Positions 48,054 through 59,220 are shown, counted from the first letter of the stretch. The stretch is DNA of 64,000 nt from Armatimonadota bacterium (GCA_043754515.1 JAYUUO010000282.1:12449-76448), one strand, 5' to 3'. Translations and numbers: made by a program. Notes: generated from the sequence alone by a model not told the origin.

Positions 48054-50138
48054 ATGAAAATCTCCGTCAACTGGCTCCGCGAGTACCTCCCCGTCCCTGA
48101 AGACCCGACCGCCCTGTCCGCGTTTAACGACGTGCTCACAATGGCCGGGCTGGAGGTCGAGGAGACGTTCGACTCGCCGGATGGGGTCGCGCTGTTCACC
48201 AAAGTCACGCCGAATCGAGGCGATTGGGCGTCCGTTTACGGCACCGCGCGCGAAGCGTCTGCCGCCAGGAACCTGCCGCTCGCGCCGTACCCCGGCTACG
48301 CGACCCGCGTTCCGGAACTGACCGGGAACACCGCCAAGAACGGCTCGGCGTCCGCGATCGTGGAGGCGACGGAACTCGCGCCCCGGTTTTCGCTGACCGT
48401 TGTTCGCGGGGTCAAGGTCGCGCCGTCCCCAGCGTGGCTACAAAATCGTCTGCTCGCCGCCGGGATGCGCCCGATCAACAATGTCGTTGACGTCACGAAC
48501 TACGTCATGCTGGAGACAGGGCAACCCCTCCACGCGTTCGATCTCGCGACCCTGCCGGGCGGTGTCATCGTCGTGCGTGTGGCGCGACCGGGCGAGACGC
48601 TGAGGACGCTGGACGGGGTTGACCGCGCGCTCGACGAAACCATGCTCTGTATCTGCGACGCGGACAAGCCCGTCGGGGTCGCGGGCGTCATGGGCGGCGC
48701 GAGCACCGAAGTCACCGACGCGACGACCGATATATTACTCGAGTCGGCGCACTTCGACCCGCTCTCCGTGCGCCGCGCCGCCAAAAAACTGGGGTTGCGC
48801 ACCGAGGCATCGTACCGGTTCGAGCGGTATGTGGACCCGTTTTTAGTTCCCGCCGCCGCGCTCCGTGCCGCGAAACTGCTCGAGGATCTCGCCGGCGGCA
48901 CCGTGGAAGGGGAGCGGCTCGACGTGGTGTCGAAACGCTTCACGCCGCGCCGCGTGGTCGCGCGGGTGGAGCGGATACGTAAACTGCTCGGCGCGGACGT
49001 CAGCCGCGACGCGGCCATCGCCGGTTTAGAGCGGCTGGGCATCTCGGTGGAGCGAGCGGCGGGCGCGATTGACTGCGTGATCCCCGCGTGGCGACCCGAC
49101 ATCACCCGCGAGGATGACATCGCCGAAGAAGTAGGCCGGATCGCGCTCGGCTATGACAACCTGCCCGAAACACGCCCCCCCGTGCGCTCCGGTAGCGGCG
49201 CGGACTCACGCAAAGGGCGGTTTACCGCGCTCGTTCGCGAGGCGTTGATACGCGCCGGTTTGCAGGATGTGCTCACGCATTCCGTCGTACCGCCGTCGCC
49301 TCTCGACCTGGAAGACGCCGCGAAGCGCGTGACGATCCGTCTGCCGCTCACCGAATACCTGTCCGGGATGCGCACCTCGCTTCTGCCGAACCTGCTGAAG
49401 ATCGTCGGGAACGCGCTGGCGGGCGACATCAAGGACGTCGCGATATTCGAGATCGGGCCGGTCTACCACCGTGCGGAGGACAGCACCTTCCACGAGCCGC
49501 TCCGTATTACCGGGGCGGTGACCGGCTCGGCGATACTGCGAACCTGGGGCGTGAAGCAGGACGCGCTAGCCGCCGACTTCTACTTCGCGAAGGGCGTGGT
49601 CGTCGAGTTATTGGATGCCCTCGGGGTCGGGAACGGCGTGACTTTCGGGCCGGCGGTTCTTCCCAACCTGCACCCCGGACGGACGGCACGCATCCTGCGC
49701 GGGGGCGCGGTCCTCGGCCATATCGCGGAACTTTCCGAGACGACCGCCGAGGCGAACGGGTTGCCGCGCCACGTGTATATTTTCGACCTGGATGGCGAAC
49801 GGCTCCTCGACGCGTGGGATGACGCCGCGTCCGCCCGTTACGTGCCGCTGTCGAAGTACCCATCCGTCACGCGGGATGTCGCGCCCGTATTCGACAAATC
49901 GGTTGCCTTCGCTGAAATCGAGCGTGTCGCGCGGGAGGCAGCTGGCCCGCTCCTGGAGCGGTTCGCCCTGACCGACGTCTATGAGGGCGCGAATATGGGC
50001 ACGGATAAGCACGCGCTGACCCTGCGTTTCACCTTCAGGTCTCCCTCCGAAACGCTGAAAGAGATGGAAGTCGAAGCGGCACTGGCCTCGGTGCGCGACG
50101 CGCTCGGGGCGCGGGCGGGCGCGGAGTTCCGCGGCTGA
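48054..50138 (+). CDS. pheT: Phenylalanine--tRNA ligase beta subunit, short form
   Basis: MKISVNWLREY, TPNRGD, RPINNVVDVTNYVMLETGQPLHAFD, RTEASYRFER, WRPDI..E.D..EE, MRTSLLPNLL, FDX-ACB C-terminus. Confidence 0.95.
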   Translation: MKISVNWLREYLPVPEDPTALSAFNDVLTMAGLEVEETFDSPDGVALFTKVTPNRGDWASVYGTAREASAARNLPLAPYPGYATRVPELTGNTAKNGSASAIVEATELAPRFSLTVVRGVKVAPSPAWLQNRLLAAGMRPINNVVDVTNYVMLETGQPLHAFDLATLPGGVIVVRVARPGETLRTLDGVDRALDETMLCICDADKPVGVAGVMGGASTEVTDATTDILLESAHFDPLSVRRAAKKLGLRTEASYRFERYVDPFLVPAAALRAAKLLEDLAGGTVEGERLDVVSKRFTPRRVVARVERIRKLLGADVSRDAAIAGLERLGISVERAAGAIDCVIPAWRPDITREDDIAEEVGRIALGYDNLPETRPPVRSGSGADSRKGRFTALVREALIRAGLQDVLTHSVVPPSPLDLEDAAKRVTIRLPLTEYLSGMRTSLLPNLLKIVGNALAGDIKDVAIFEIGPVYHRAEDSTFHEPLRITGAVTGSAILRTWGVKQDALAADFYFAKGVVVELLDALGVGNGVTFGPAVLPNLHPGRTARILRGGAVLGHIAELSETTAEANGLPRHVYIFDLDGERLLDAWDDAASARYVPLSKYPSVTRDVAPVFDKSVAFAEIERVAREAAGPLLERFALTDVYEGANMGTDKHALTLRFTFRSPSETLKEMEVEAALASVRDALGARAGAEFRG

Positions 50139-50146
50139 GTTCCGTC

Positions 50147-51769
50147 ATGATACATGTGATCCTGTCCTTTTTCAGCGCGATAGCGTTTTTAGCCGGACCG
50201 CCCGCCGCCGCGCCGGTGCTACCGCCCGCGCCCGCCGTAACCGTCCCGCCACCGCCCGCAACGGTTCCCGCACCCGAGTTTGCGGCACAGGCCGCCGGGC
50301 GCGGTCGCCTGTGTGATGCCCTATATGCTCTGATGACCGCGCCGCGCTACAGCCACCAGGGCACCTACCGTCTCGCAACCTTCGGCGACGACGGGAAGCT
50401 AAACAACGATTTCTCCGGCACTGAAGCCGTATCCTGGGATCGCAAAACCAACCGGCTCGCTTTCGTCGCGACCTCGGGCGGCGGGAAGTCGGTGACGCGG
50501 TATGCTTCGGACGGCAAGACGCTACTCGGCGTGCGCCTTGAAGGCAGAAATCGCACCTTCTACCGCGTGCCACTGCAAGGGGACACGTCGCTAGTCGGGG
50601 ACGCGCTAATAGCCGTTGATGCCGACCGGATGTACATCAGCGCGGTCACGCGCCTGACTTTGTTCGGGCGCGTCGCGGACGGCTCATTACGCTCCCCGAA
50701 CCTTGTCTACGAGAGCGCGAAGAACGAGGTCATTGAGCAGGTTGCCCCTCGTGATGATAAAGGGCACCGGCTGATCACCTACTACCGCTACCGCTTCGCG
50801 CCGGGGTCGCCACGTATAACAACCCGCGAGCAGTGGGATACGTGGCAGGACGCCGCGAAGCCGGTTCTCATACGCTCCTATGAGAACGGAACATTTTCCG
50901 TGGCACCGCCCGCGGTTACCGCGACCACGTTCCTGACGAAGCCGCCGGTCGGTGCCGTCGAAGTCCCGCCACCTTCGACGACCCGAACCCCGCCGCTCCG
51001 TCCGGGCCCCGAGCGTGCCGACCCCAAAGCGCGTGCGCTCCTTTTGCGCTGGGCGCGGGCATGGGCGCGGTTTACTTCGTTCCAGGCGCAAGTGCACGTC
51101 CGGGAGGGGGAGCTGGCGCAGACCCCGGAGAGTATGGCACCGGACCCGAGCGGGTTCCGCGAAGCACTCATTGACGTTTCTTACCAACGCCCCGGCAAGA
51201 TGTTCCTGGCCTCCCACCCTACCGGGCCTCCGAACGCGTTCCGGCTCACCCAAAACTTGGTAAGCGACGGTCAGAAGTTCGTGATCTACGAAGGGGCGCG
51301 CCGCGAACGAAAGCGGGGCGAGGGCGATAACATGGATGACCCATACCTTAATGATCGTCTGCGTGACAACGGCCTGTTTGACTTCTCGGAGGTCGTGCCA
51401 CGAATCCTGCGCAACCCCCGAGAGTTGGTCAACGACAGCAACGAGGGCAAATACAGGGGTATGTTGCCGCTACCCGGCGGGGGCGCGGCGGAGGTGGTGA
51501 CCCTTACGCAACTTTTCGGCGGCAACGGCCCGCTACGACTTAATGGCGATGTGGGAGCGGCGACCCGTCAGCAGATAATCACCCTATACTTCGACGCGAA
51601 ATCCGGGCTACCACTGCGGAGCGAGTTCGAGTTGCGCTGGCTTCTCTCCGGGCGATCCGGGGAGATGCTTCGCGACCTGCCGCCGAATCAGTTCCGCGTC
51701 GCCGACTTCGGCGGGCTACGCGTCAACGAGGAGTTGCCCCCGTCACTGTTCGACCTGTCCGGGAAGTGA
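50147..51769 (+). CDS. Secreted protein with two putative LolA-like beta domains
   Basis: Signal peptide and Pro-rich linkers; repeated YASDGKTL / VSDGQKFVIY; YQRPGKM; C-terminal NEELPPSLF. Confidence 0.6.
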   Translation: MIHVILSFFSAIAFLAGPPAAAPVLPPAPAVTVPPPPATVPAPEFAAQAAGRGRLCDALYALMTAPRYSHQGTYRLATFGDDGKLNNDFSGTEAVSWDRKTNRLAFVATSGGGKSVTRYASDGKTLLGVRLEGRNRTFYRVPLQGDTSLVGDALIAVDADRMYISAVTRLTLFGRVADGSLRSPNLVYESAKNEVIEQVAPRDDKGHRLITYYRYRFAPGSPRITTREQWDTWQDAAKPVLIRSYENGTFSVAPPAVTATTFLTKPPVGAVEVPPPSTTRTPPLRPGPERADPKARALLLRWARAWARFTSFQAQVHVREGELAQTPESMAPDPSGFREALIDVSYQRPGKMFLASHPTGPPNAFRLTQNLVSDGQKFVIYEGARRERKRGEGDNMDDPYLNDRLRDNGLFDFSEVVPRILRNPRELVNDSNEGKYRGMLPLPGGGAAEVVTLTQLFGGNGPLRLNGDVGAATRQQIITLYFDAKSGLPLRSEFELRWLLSGRSGEMLRDLPPNQFRVADFGGLRVNEELPPSLFDLSGK

Positions 51770-52642
51770 CGTGCCCCGCCGCGTGACGACGGATGCCCAC
51801 TCGCCCTCGACCACTATCTCCGGGTTTATGTAGCCGACGCCGCGCAGATGCTTCGCCACCTGTTCCGCCGAGGCTCCGGCGAGGATGCCCGACGCGATCA
51901 GCATCCCGCCCGGCTTGGTCGCGCTAAACAGCTGGGTCGCGAGTGCCATAATGACGTGCGCCAGGATGTTGGCGATCACGAAATTGTATTCCCCGGAGGG
52001 CGGCACCGAGGATTCGGAGACGCGCACCCGGTCCGCGACGCCGTTCAGCGTGACGTTCTCCTGAGCGATGCGGACCGCGATTGGATCGTTGTCCACCGCC
52101 TCGGCGTGGCCCGCGCCGAGCAGAATGGCACCGACGGCGAGAATGCCCGAGCCGGTGCCGACATCGGCCACCGTGGCACCGGGGAAGACGTGCTGCTCCA
52201 GGCCGTTCAAACAAAGTCGGGTAGTCGCGTGTAGCCCGGTTCCGAAAGCCATCCCGGGGTCAATCTCTAACACGATCTCGCCGGGCGCGGGGTCGTACGC
52301 CTCCCATGTCGGCTTGACCACGATCCGCTCGCCGATCTTTTGCGGCTTGAAATACTGCTTCCACGCGTTCGCCCAGTCTTCCTCGGCGACGAAGCGAACG
52401 GTAATTTCGTCGGACGACCCGGGAATTTTATGCACCCGCTTTACCTCGCGTAGGGCCGCCTTCAGGGTGAGGAGCGTGTTCTCCAACCGTTCGTCCACGG
52501 GTAGGTATGCGGTGACGGCGACCGATGTTACTGCATACCCCGCGACCCCGATGACCTCGGTCATCACCGCGCCGACCGCTTCCTGCGCCGCGTCCCCCGA
52601 CGCTTCCACGATGATCTCCGCCCAGCGTTGTTCGATAGCCAT
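51743..52642 (-). CDS. prmA: Ribosomal protein L11 methyltransferase
   Basis: EEDWANAWKQYFKP, IDPGMAFGTGLHATT, DVGTGSGIL, ANILA, SGIL. Confidence 0.96.
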   Translation of the reverse strand: MAIEQRWAEIIVEASGDAAQEAVGAVMTEVIGVAGYAVTSVAVTAYLPVDERLENTLLTLKAALREVKRVHKIPGSSDEITVRFVAEEDWANAWKQYFKPQKIGERIVVKPTWEAYDPAPGEIVLEIDPGMAFGTGLHATTRLCLNGLEQHVFPGATVADVGTGSGILAVGAILLGAGHAEAVDNDPIAVRIAQENVTLNGVADRVRVSESSVPPSGEYNFVIANILAHVIMALATQLFSATKPGGMLIASGILAGASAEQVAKHLRGVGYINPEIVVEGEWASVVTRRGTSLPGQVEQ

Positions 52643-52645
52643 TTG

Positions 52646-53038
52646 TCAGTTGATCCCTTGAGTGTCCGGGATCGGCGCGATCCGCACCGCGCCGTTGTAG
52701 TGGACGTCAATAGTGATTCGATGTTCGAGCAGGAGTGCCATGCCGACGAGCGGGCGACCCTCGCCCTGCTGGACGCGTATTATCTGCTCGGCTCCGTCCC
52801 AAAGCACGCGCCCGATGAACGTCGGCGTCTCGACCACGCTACCGTCAGCCAGTTCAACTAATATCGGGTCGGTCGATATCAGCAACAAACCTTCCGCCAC
52901 TGACTTCGGCAGACTCATGAAATCGTTGAACCCAGAATCAACGACGGCCTCTATACGCTCTCTCAATCCTATCCCATTCGACACTTCGATCTCGATGACT
53001 GGGTCCAGACTGGCGGTCACGATGCCGGAAAAGTTCAT
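52646..53038 (-). CDS. Clan AA (retropepsin-like) aspartic protease
   Basis: EAVVDSGFNDFMSLP, LADGS, PLVGMALL. Confidence 0.85.
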   Translation of the reverse strand: MNFSGIVTASLDPVIEIEVSNGIGLRERIEAVVDSGFNDFMSLPKSVAEGLLLISTDPILVELADGSVVETPTFIGRVLWDGAEQIIRVQQGEGRPLVGMALLLEHRITIDVHYNGAVRIAPIPDTQGIN

Positions 53039-53409
53039 TCGGCCTCCGCTGGCAGGTTCGCGGGCGGGAGCCGGGTCATACTTCCGCCGATTTTGAAGGC
53101 GGCCTTAAATCCGACGCGGAGGGTTCCGCGAATCGCCGTCGGGCGGCGGCGGCGCAGTCTTGTGGCTGCCACGAAACACTCGCGAGCATCCTCGAACTCG
53201 TAATCGCCGCTCAGTACGTCGAACGTTATTAGTTTCCCGATGTTACCCCCCGTCTCGATCTCGCGCCGCTTCTGATAGTAGAACGCCCACGCCCGGCGCA
53301 TGATCTCGTCATTCGGGAGGCGACTCTGATAACGCGCCCCCGCCCGCATGCGCTCCATAATCTCGTCTGGCGTGACGGGTTCATCTATGTCTAATTTCAT
53401 TCTCTTCAC
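53035..53409 (-). CDS. Hypothetical partner of the aspartic protease
   Basis: GKLITFDVLSGDYE...LRRRRP...LRVG; ATGA overlap with the protease gene. Confidence 0.75.
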   Translation of the reverse strand: MKRMKLDIDEPVTPDEIMERMRAGARYQSRLPNDEIMRRAWAFYYQKRREIETGGNIGKLITFDVLSGDYEFEDARECFVAATRLRRRRPTAIRGTLRVGFKAAFKIGGSMTRLPPANLPAEAE

Positions 53410-53413
53410 CCTT

Positions 53414-54568
53414 TCAGTGGCCGGTGAAAATATCCTTCAGTTTATCGAAGACGCCTTTGTGCTCTTCCGTGACATGGGCGACTTCACCGCCCTTCTCGCC
53501 GCGCAACACCGCGAGATCTTCCAACAGTTTGCGCTCGGCGTCGGACAGTTTCTTCGGCGTTTGAACGGTCACCGTGACATGCAGATCGCCCTTAGCGTTC
53601 GTGCGCGAGCGGATGTCGGGCATCCCCTGCTTTGCCACGCGGAACTGTGTCCCCGTCTGAGTCCCTTCGGGCACCGTAACGTTCTGCGCGTCGCCGGAAA
53701 TGGTCGGCACGGGGACCGTATCGCCGAGGGCGGCCTGCGTGAATGAGATCGGGACTTCGGCGTAAAGATCCGCGCCCTCGCGCTCGAAGAGGGGATGTGG
53801 CATGACGTTGAAGAACACATACAGGTCGCCCGCCCCGCCGCCGTTCGCGCCCGCGTTCCCCTCGCCCGTGAGTGGCATCTGCATGCCGTCCGCGACGCCG
53901 ACCGGGATGGGGATCGTCACCGACCGGTCGGCGCGAACCCGCCCGCGTCCCGCGCAGGCTTTGCAGGGCGATTTGATGATTTTGCCGGTGCCGGAACATT
54001 TGTCGCAGGGAGCCATCGTCTGCACCATGCCCAAAAACGGCACGTTCTGAACGCGTCGGACCTGCCCCGCGCCGCTACACTGCGCACAGGTTTCCGGCTT
54101 CGTGCCCGGCTCCGCGCCGCTTCCTTTGCAGGTGCCGCAGGTCTCGATGCGGGGAAGGGTGACGGTCTTCTCGCCGCCTTTATACGCGTCGTCGAGCGTG
54201 ATCTGTAGGTCGAACCGGACATCGCTCCCGCGCTCCGGCCCCCCCGGTCTGCGTGCGCCGCCCCCGCCCTGGTTCATAAACAGGTCGAAGATGTCGCCGA
54301 AGCCGCCGAACGGGTCGCCTCCCGGACCCCCCGCGCCGCCGGAAACGCCTTCCGCGCCGAACCGGTCATAACGCGAGCGTTTATCCGGGTCGGAAAGTAC
54401 CTCATAGGCGGACTGGATCTCTTTGAATGTCGCCTCCGCCCCCGGCTCGTGGTTTACATCGGGGTGATACTCCTTGGCGAGTTTCCGGTATGCTTTTTTT
54501 AGTGTGTCGGCATCCGCGTCGCGCTCGACGTTCAGGACTGCGTAATAATCTTTGTTCGTGGTGGCCAT
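53414..54568 (-). CDS. dnaJ: Chaperone DnaJ
   Basis: J domain with HPD, G/F region, four CxxCxGxG motifs. Confidence 0.97.
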   Translation of the reverse strand: MATTNKDYYAVLNVERDADADTLKKAYRKLAKEYHPDVNHEPGAEATFKEIQSAYEVLSDPDKRSRYDRFGAEGVSGGAGGPGGDPFGGFGDIFDLFMNQGGGGARRPGGPERGSDVRFDLQITLDDAYKGGEKTVTLPRIETCGTCKGSGAEPGTKPETCAQCSGAGQVRRVQNVPFLGMVQTMAPCDKCSGTGKIIKSPCKACAGRGRVRADRSVTIPIPVGVADGMQMPLTGEGNAGANGGGAGDLYVFFNVMPHPLFEREGADLYAEVPISFTQAALGDTVPVPTISGDAQNVTVPEGTQTGTQFRVAKQGMPDIRSRTNAKGDLHVTVTVQTPKKLSDAERKLLEDLAVLRGEKGGEVAHVTEEHKGVFDKLKDIFTGH

Positions 54569-54806
54569 ATTGCGTGTCTTGCTATCAAGTCATTGGGAAA
54601 ATACGCACAGAAGAAGTGATTTCCCTGACCCCTAAGTTATCATAAATGGCGGGAATTTGCGTCGCCTGTCGCCGGTGGACAGGGGCGGTTCGATTCAGAA
54701 GCACTGCCCCCAGAGCAAGCCGGGGAACAGAACTGCTTGGACGGATAAGCGACCCGTAGGCGTCGTCGGCGGGTCTCGTCGGCGACGCCATACTTCTGGT
54801 TGGTGC

Positions 54807-56291
54807 CTAGCGCAGAACGACCGACACGACGCACTTCGTGGGCAACTGGATCCGGATGGTGTCTCCGGACGGTTCCACGCCGTGGAACGGCTGGGGCTGA
54901 ACCGTGTTCGGGACGTCGAACGTGTTATGCGCCGTTACTGCGTTCGCCGTTAACACCCGGCCGGACGCGAACGTCAAGCCGCCACCGCTAATCGCCACGG
55001 AGAGCGAGATTTCGTTCGTGGGGTCGGTGTTTACCAGCGTGAGCAACACGCTCCCGTCCGCCGACCGCGACGCGGACGCACTGACGGCGGGGATAGTATG
55101 TTCCCCTTGCGTGTACCCGGTCGCCCCGAGTTCGGTCGCCAGCACGGTGCCGCCCTGATGCCCCTTGAACATCTCGAAGACGTGGTATGTCGGCGTGAGC
55201 ACCATCTTCGCGCCGTCGGTCAGGATCATGGATTGCAACACGTTGACCATCTGCGCGATATTCGTCATTACGACCCGGTCCGCGTGCTCGTGAAACAGGT
55301 GGAAGTTCAGCGCGGCGAGGATCCCGTCGCGCAGGCTGTTCTGCTGGTACAGGAATCCGGGATTGGTTCCCGGCTCGCAATCCGTCCAGATGCCCCACTC
55401 GTCAACCACCATGCCGACCCGCTTCTTCGGGTCGAACTTGTCCATGATTTCGCCGTGCTTGGACAAACGCTCCTTCATTATCAGTGTCTGACGCAGGCTA
55501 CCGTGGTACTCGGCTTCGTCGAATCGCGTCGCCGACCCTTTTTTATTCCAATTGCCGGTCGAGACCGTGTATTGGTGTAGTGCCAAACCGTCCATCTGAT
55601 TGGCGGCTCGCGCCATGAGCACCTCGGTCCAGTTGTAGTCACCCGCGTTCGCCCCGCAGGCGATCCGGTAGATCTTTGTGTCGCTATAGTTCTTCACGAA
55701 CGTGTTGTAGCGGCGGTACTCGTCCGCATAGTATTCGGGGCGCATGGTGCCGCCGCAGCCCCAGCTCTCGTTCCCGACGCCGAAGTAGGGGAGCGACCAG
55801 GGTTCTTGGCGGCCGTTCTCGCGTCGCAGGTTGGCCATCGGGGAGTCGGCCGGCGAGGTCATATATTCGACCCAGTTCATCATCTCGCGGGGCGTCCCGC
55901 TACCGACGTTCCCGCAGACATACGCGTCGGTGCCGAGTTGTTCGCACAGATCCATGAACTCGTGGGTGCCGAAGTGGTTGTTCTCGACCACCCCGCCCCA
56001 ATGCGTATTAATCATGCTCGGGCGGTTCTCACGGGGGCCGATGCCGTCATCCCAGTGGTACTCGTCCGCGAAGCAGCCGCCGGGCCAGCGGAGCACGGGT
56101 ACCGCAATGTTCCTCAGTGCGTTCACCACGTCGGTCCGGATGCCGCGCACATTCGGGATCGGGCTGTCCTCGCCCACCCAAATCCCGCCGTAGATGCAGG
56201 AGCCTAAATGCTCGGCGAAATGTCCGTAGATGTTGCGGTTGATCACCGCCCCCGAATCGTCTAGTCGTATACCCAGTGAAGCGTCACGCAT
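54807..56291 (-). CDS. abfA: Alpha-L-arabinofuranosidase GH51
   Basis: [51 protein letters not shown]. Confidence 0.93.
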   Translation of the reverse strand: MRDASLGIRLDDSGAVINRNIYGHFAEHLGSCIYGGIWVGEDSPIPNVRGIRTDVVNALRNIAVPVLRWPGGCFADEYHWDDGIGPRENRPSMINTHWGGVVENNHFGTHEFMDLCEQLGTDAYVCGNVGSGTPREMMNWVEYMTSPADSPMANLRRENGRQEPWSLPYFGVGNESWGCGGTMRPEYYADEYRRYNTFVKNYSDTKIYRIACGANAGDYNWTEVLMARAANQMDGLALHQYTVSTGNWNKKGSATRFDEAEYHGSLRQTLIMKERLSKHGEIMDKFDPKKRVGMVVDEWGIWTDCEPGTNPGFLYQQNSLRDGILAALNFHLFHEHADRVVMTNIAQMVNVLQSMILTDGAKMVLTPTYHVFEMFKGHQGGTVLATELGATGYTQGEHTIPAVSASASRSADGSVLLTLVNTDPTNEISLSVAISGGGLTFASGRVLTANAVTAHNTFDVPNTVQPQPFHGVEPSGDTIRIQLPTKCVVSVVLR

Positions 56292-56420
56292 CGTAAAATT
56301 GCTCTCTCTCGTCCCCGGCGGGCGGCCCGCCTGTCGTTCTCCGGGCATCCTCTTTCGCCGCGAGACGTTTTTATAAACTTCCACGAGGTGGCGGCAATCT
56401 CCTGCGATATAATGGGCGCG

Positions 56421-57611
56421 ATGAAATACGTTTTCCTCGTTCCCGACGGCGCGGCGGATGATCCCCTCCCCGAACTCGATGGGAAAACCCCGCTCGAAGC
56501 CGCCCGCACTCCGAACTTAGATGGCCTCGCCGCGCTCGGCAAAGTCGGCTCCGTCCTCACGGTGCCGCGCGGGATGTACCCTGGCTCCGATGTCGCGAAC
56601 ATGAGCCTGCTCGGGTACGACCCGGAGAAATATTATACCGGTCGTGGGCCGCTCGAAGCCGCTGCGTTACAGGTGCCGATGGAGGCGCGGGACGCCCTTT
56701 ACCGCGCCTCTCTGGTGACCACGGACGGCGAGACGTTGCTCGACTACTCGTCCGGGCATGTGTCAACCGAGGAAGCCGTCGAACTGATCACGCTGGTACA
56801 GGCGAAGCTAGGGAGCCGCCGGTTCTCGTTCTTCCCCGGCGTCTCTTACCGCCATGTCCTGCGGGTCACGGATGGCTCGGTGAATCTTTCGACCACGCCG
56901 CCGCACGACATGCAGGGTAAGCCCCTCGCGCCGTACCTGCCGGTAGGGGATGGCGAGAACGAACTGCGCAGCCTGATATTCGATTCGCTCGATCTGCTAA
57001 GCGATCACCCCGTCAATCGTAGGCGCCGCGACGAGGGCAAGCCCGCCGCGAACACGATCTGGCCCTGGGGGCAGGGGCACCCGACCGTTCTGCCGGGCTT
57101 CTCCTCGCGGACTGGCAAAACGGGCGTGATGGTGACGGCGGTTGATCTGCTACGCGGGCTAGCGCGGTGCGCGGGCATCGCCGTCGTCGAGGTGCCAGGT
57201 GCCACGGGTTACATTGATACGAATTACCGGGGCAAGGCGGAGTACGGACTGCACGCGCTGTTTACCGGCGGGGCGGATTTTCTTTTCCTGCACGTCGAGT
57301 CGCCCGACGAGTCCGGCCACGAGGGGAATATTGACCACAAGATACGCGCCATCGAGGACATTGACCGGCACGTGGTCGGGACGCTTTTGGCGGGTTTCGC
57401 CGAGCGCAAGCAGCCGTTCCGACTTCTGGTCGCGCCGGATCACGCGACCCCGATCGCGCTGAGAACACACCGCGAAGGTCCCGTCCCGTTCCTGCTTTAC
57501 GACAGTACCCGCGAGGAATCGGGTAAACTGCCGTATGACGAACGGGCCTTGCCCGAAACCCGCCTCATTGTCGAGCAGGGGCACCGACTAATCAATCTGC
57601 TTTTCGCCTGA
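56421..57611 (+). CDS. apgM: Cofactor-independent phosphoglycerate mutase (ApgM type)
   Basis: [45 protein letters not shown]. Confidence 0.92.
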   Translation: MKYVFLVPDGAADDPLPELDGKTPLEAARTPNLDGLAALGKVGSVLTVPRGMYPGSDVANMSLLGYDPEKYYTGRGPLEAAALQVPMEARDALYRASLVTTDGETLLDYSSGHVSTEEAVELITLVQAKLGSRRFSFFPGVSYRHVLRVTDGSVNLSTTPPHDMQGKPLAPYLPVGDGENELRSLIFDSLDLLSDHPVNRRRRDEGKPAANTIWPWGQGHPTVLPGFSSRTGKTGVMVTAVDLLRGLARCAGIAVVEVPGATGYIDTNYRGKAEYGLHALFTGGADFLFLHVESPDESGHEGNIDHKIRAIEDIDRHVVGTLLAGFAERKQPFRLLVAPDHATPIALRTHREGPVPFLLYDSTREESGKLPYDERALPETRLIVEQGHRLINLLFA

Positions 57612-57636
57612 CATCGTTTGAAGAAGGGTTTCACAA

Positions 57637-58566
57637 TTGGACACGCAACGCGCCGATTTAGCGGCGCATAAATCGAGCCGGGCACTCCTGACGGGAGTCA
57701 GTGGATTCGTCGGCACCGCCGTCGCGCGGGAGCTAATCGCCCACGGCTACTCCGTTCGCGGGCTGGATCGCAGCCCGCTCAAGGACGACTCGCTCAAGGA
57801 GTCGGTGGAGATGGTTTTCGCCGACCTGACCGACCGCCTGGCCCTGCTCGCAGCGGCGGACGGGTGTGACGCGATCATCCACCTCGCCGCGCTCCCACAT
57901 CCGATGGTCTCGAACCCGGAGGAGATCCTGCACGTGAACGTGGTCGGCACCGGATATCTGCTGGACGCTGCGGAGAAACTGGGCATCAAGCGGTTCGCGC
58001 TGGCCTCCACCTGTTGCACGTTCGGCTTTTACTTCGCGCTCCACCCGTTCGACCCCGACTACCTGCCCCTCGACGAAAAGCACCCGACCAAGCCTCAGGA
58101 CCTGTACGCGCTATCGAAGGTGATGTGTGAGGAGGCGTGTCAAGCGTGCACGCGCCGTTGCGGAATGACCACGGTCGCGCTACGTCTCACCTCGGTGTTG
58201 AACTACGAGAAGGGGCGGCACCGGGAGGGCACCCGCCACATGCTGACCAACCGGGAGCGCAAACAGCGCGACTTTTGGACATATATCGAACTGAAGGATG
58301 CCGCCCGCGCCTTCCGCCTCGCCATCGAGAACGCGCCCGACGCCACCTTCGCGCCCCTGATTATCGCCGCCCGCGACACATTTCATGCTGGGGACATCCG
58401 CGAACTGATCGCGCACCACTTTCCGTCGGTGCGGGAGCAGGTCGCACACCTGTCGCCGTCCGCGTCGGTGTATGACACGCGCCGCGCCGAGGAGCACATC
58501 GGGTTCGTCGCGCAAAACTCCTGGCGCGACTTGCCCGACTTCGCCGATCTGCTGAACAAAGACTGA
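57637..58566 (+). CDS. NAD-dependent epimerase/dehydratase
   Basis: TGVSGFVG, IIHLAA, NVVGT, YALSK. Confidence 0.88.
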   Translation: MDTQRADLAAHKSSRALLTGVSGFVGTAVARELIAHGYSVRGLDRSPLKDDSLKESVEMVFADLTDRLALLAAADGCDAIIHLAALPHPMVSNPEEILHVNVVGTGYLLDAAEKLGIKRFALASTCCTFGFYFALHPFDPDYLPLDEKHPTKPQDLYALSKVMCEEACQACTRRCGMTTVALRLTSVLNYEKGRHREGTRHMLTNRERKQRDFWTYIELKDAARAFRLAIENAPDATFAPLIIAARDTFHAGDIRELIAHHFPSVREQVAHLSPSASVYDTRRAEEHIGFVAQNSWRDLPDFADLLNKD

Positions 58567-58605
58567 CCGCGCTCGCAAATAAAGAAGCAGACGAAGGACG
58601 AGACC

Positions 58606-58923
58606 ATGATCTCTATCTCGACCGATAACCCGGATGTGTCGTGCCCGAGTTGCCACCGGCCCATGATCAATATGACGGACTATTACGAGGCACTGGATAC
58701 GGGGATCGGTATCAGCATCGGCTCCGAGTCCCCGCTAGTGATCGGTTGCATACGGCGTAGGATTAATCCGATCGCGGTCGCCGAGATACTGGGCACTCTG
58801 ATGGACAGTGTTTTGAACATGAGCCGCGACAGGAAAGGGGCGAAACTGTGCCGCGAGATTTTGCCCCGATTCCCGCGCAGTCAGATCTGCTCGCAGTGCC
58901 TCTCTGTATATCGGCGCGAATAA
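58606..58923 (+). CDS. Small protein with two CxxC motifs (putative zinc ribbon)
   Basis: CPSC near the N-terminus, CSQC near the C-terminus; AAGGA SD. Confidence 0.55.
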   Translation: MISISTDNPDVSCPSCHRPMINMTDYYEALDTGIGISIGSESPLVIGCIRRRINPIAVAEILGTLMDSVLNMSRDRKGAKLCREILPRFPRSQICSQCLSVYRRE

Positions 58924-59004
58924 ATAGGTACGCCGACGAACGCCCCCGTCCATTTGCGTAACCAAATACGGGCGTTTTGTTGTATAACGGATACGGAGAA
59001 ACCG

Positions 59005-59220
59005 ATGACAGCGACACCGACGCGAGAGCAGGTCGCCCGCACGCTGGTCCGTGCCGCGACGCCCGATGAACTTACCGAAGCCCGCGCCCTACGTGAGCAG
59101 TACCTCGCCACGCACCCGGACGATTCCGATATACAGGAGATGAGCGCGCTTCTCGACGCACTCGCGGAAGCGTTGAAGCCCCGAGAAGATCGCGATGCCG
59201 CGAAACACCACGAACCATGA
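59005..59220 (+). CDS. Small helical hypothetical protein coupled to gdhA
   Basis: GGAG SD; ATGA overlap with the gdhA start. Confidence 0.6.
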   Translation: MTATPTREQVARTLVRAATPDELTEARALREQYLATHPDDSDIQEMSALLDALAEALKPREDRDAAKHHEP

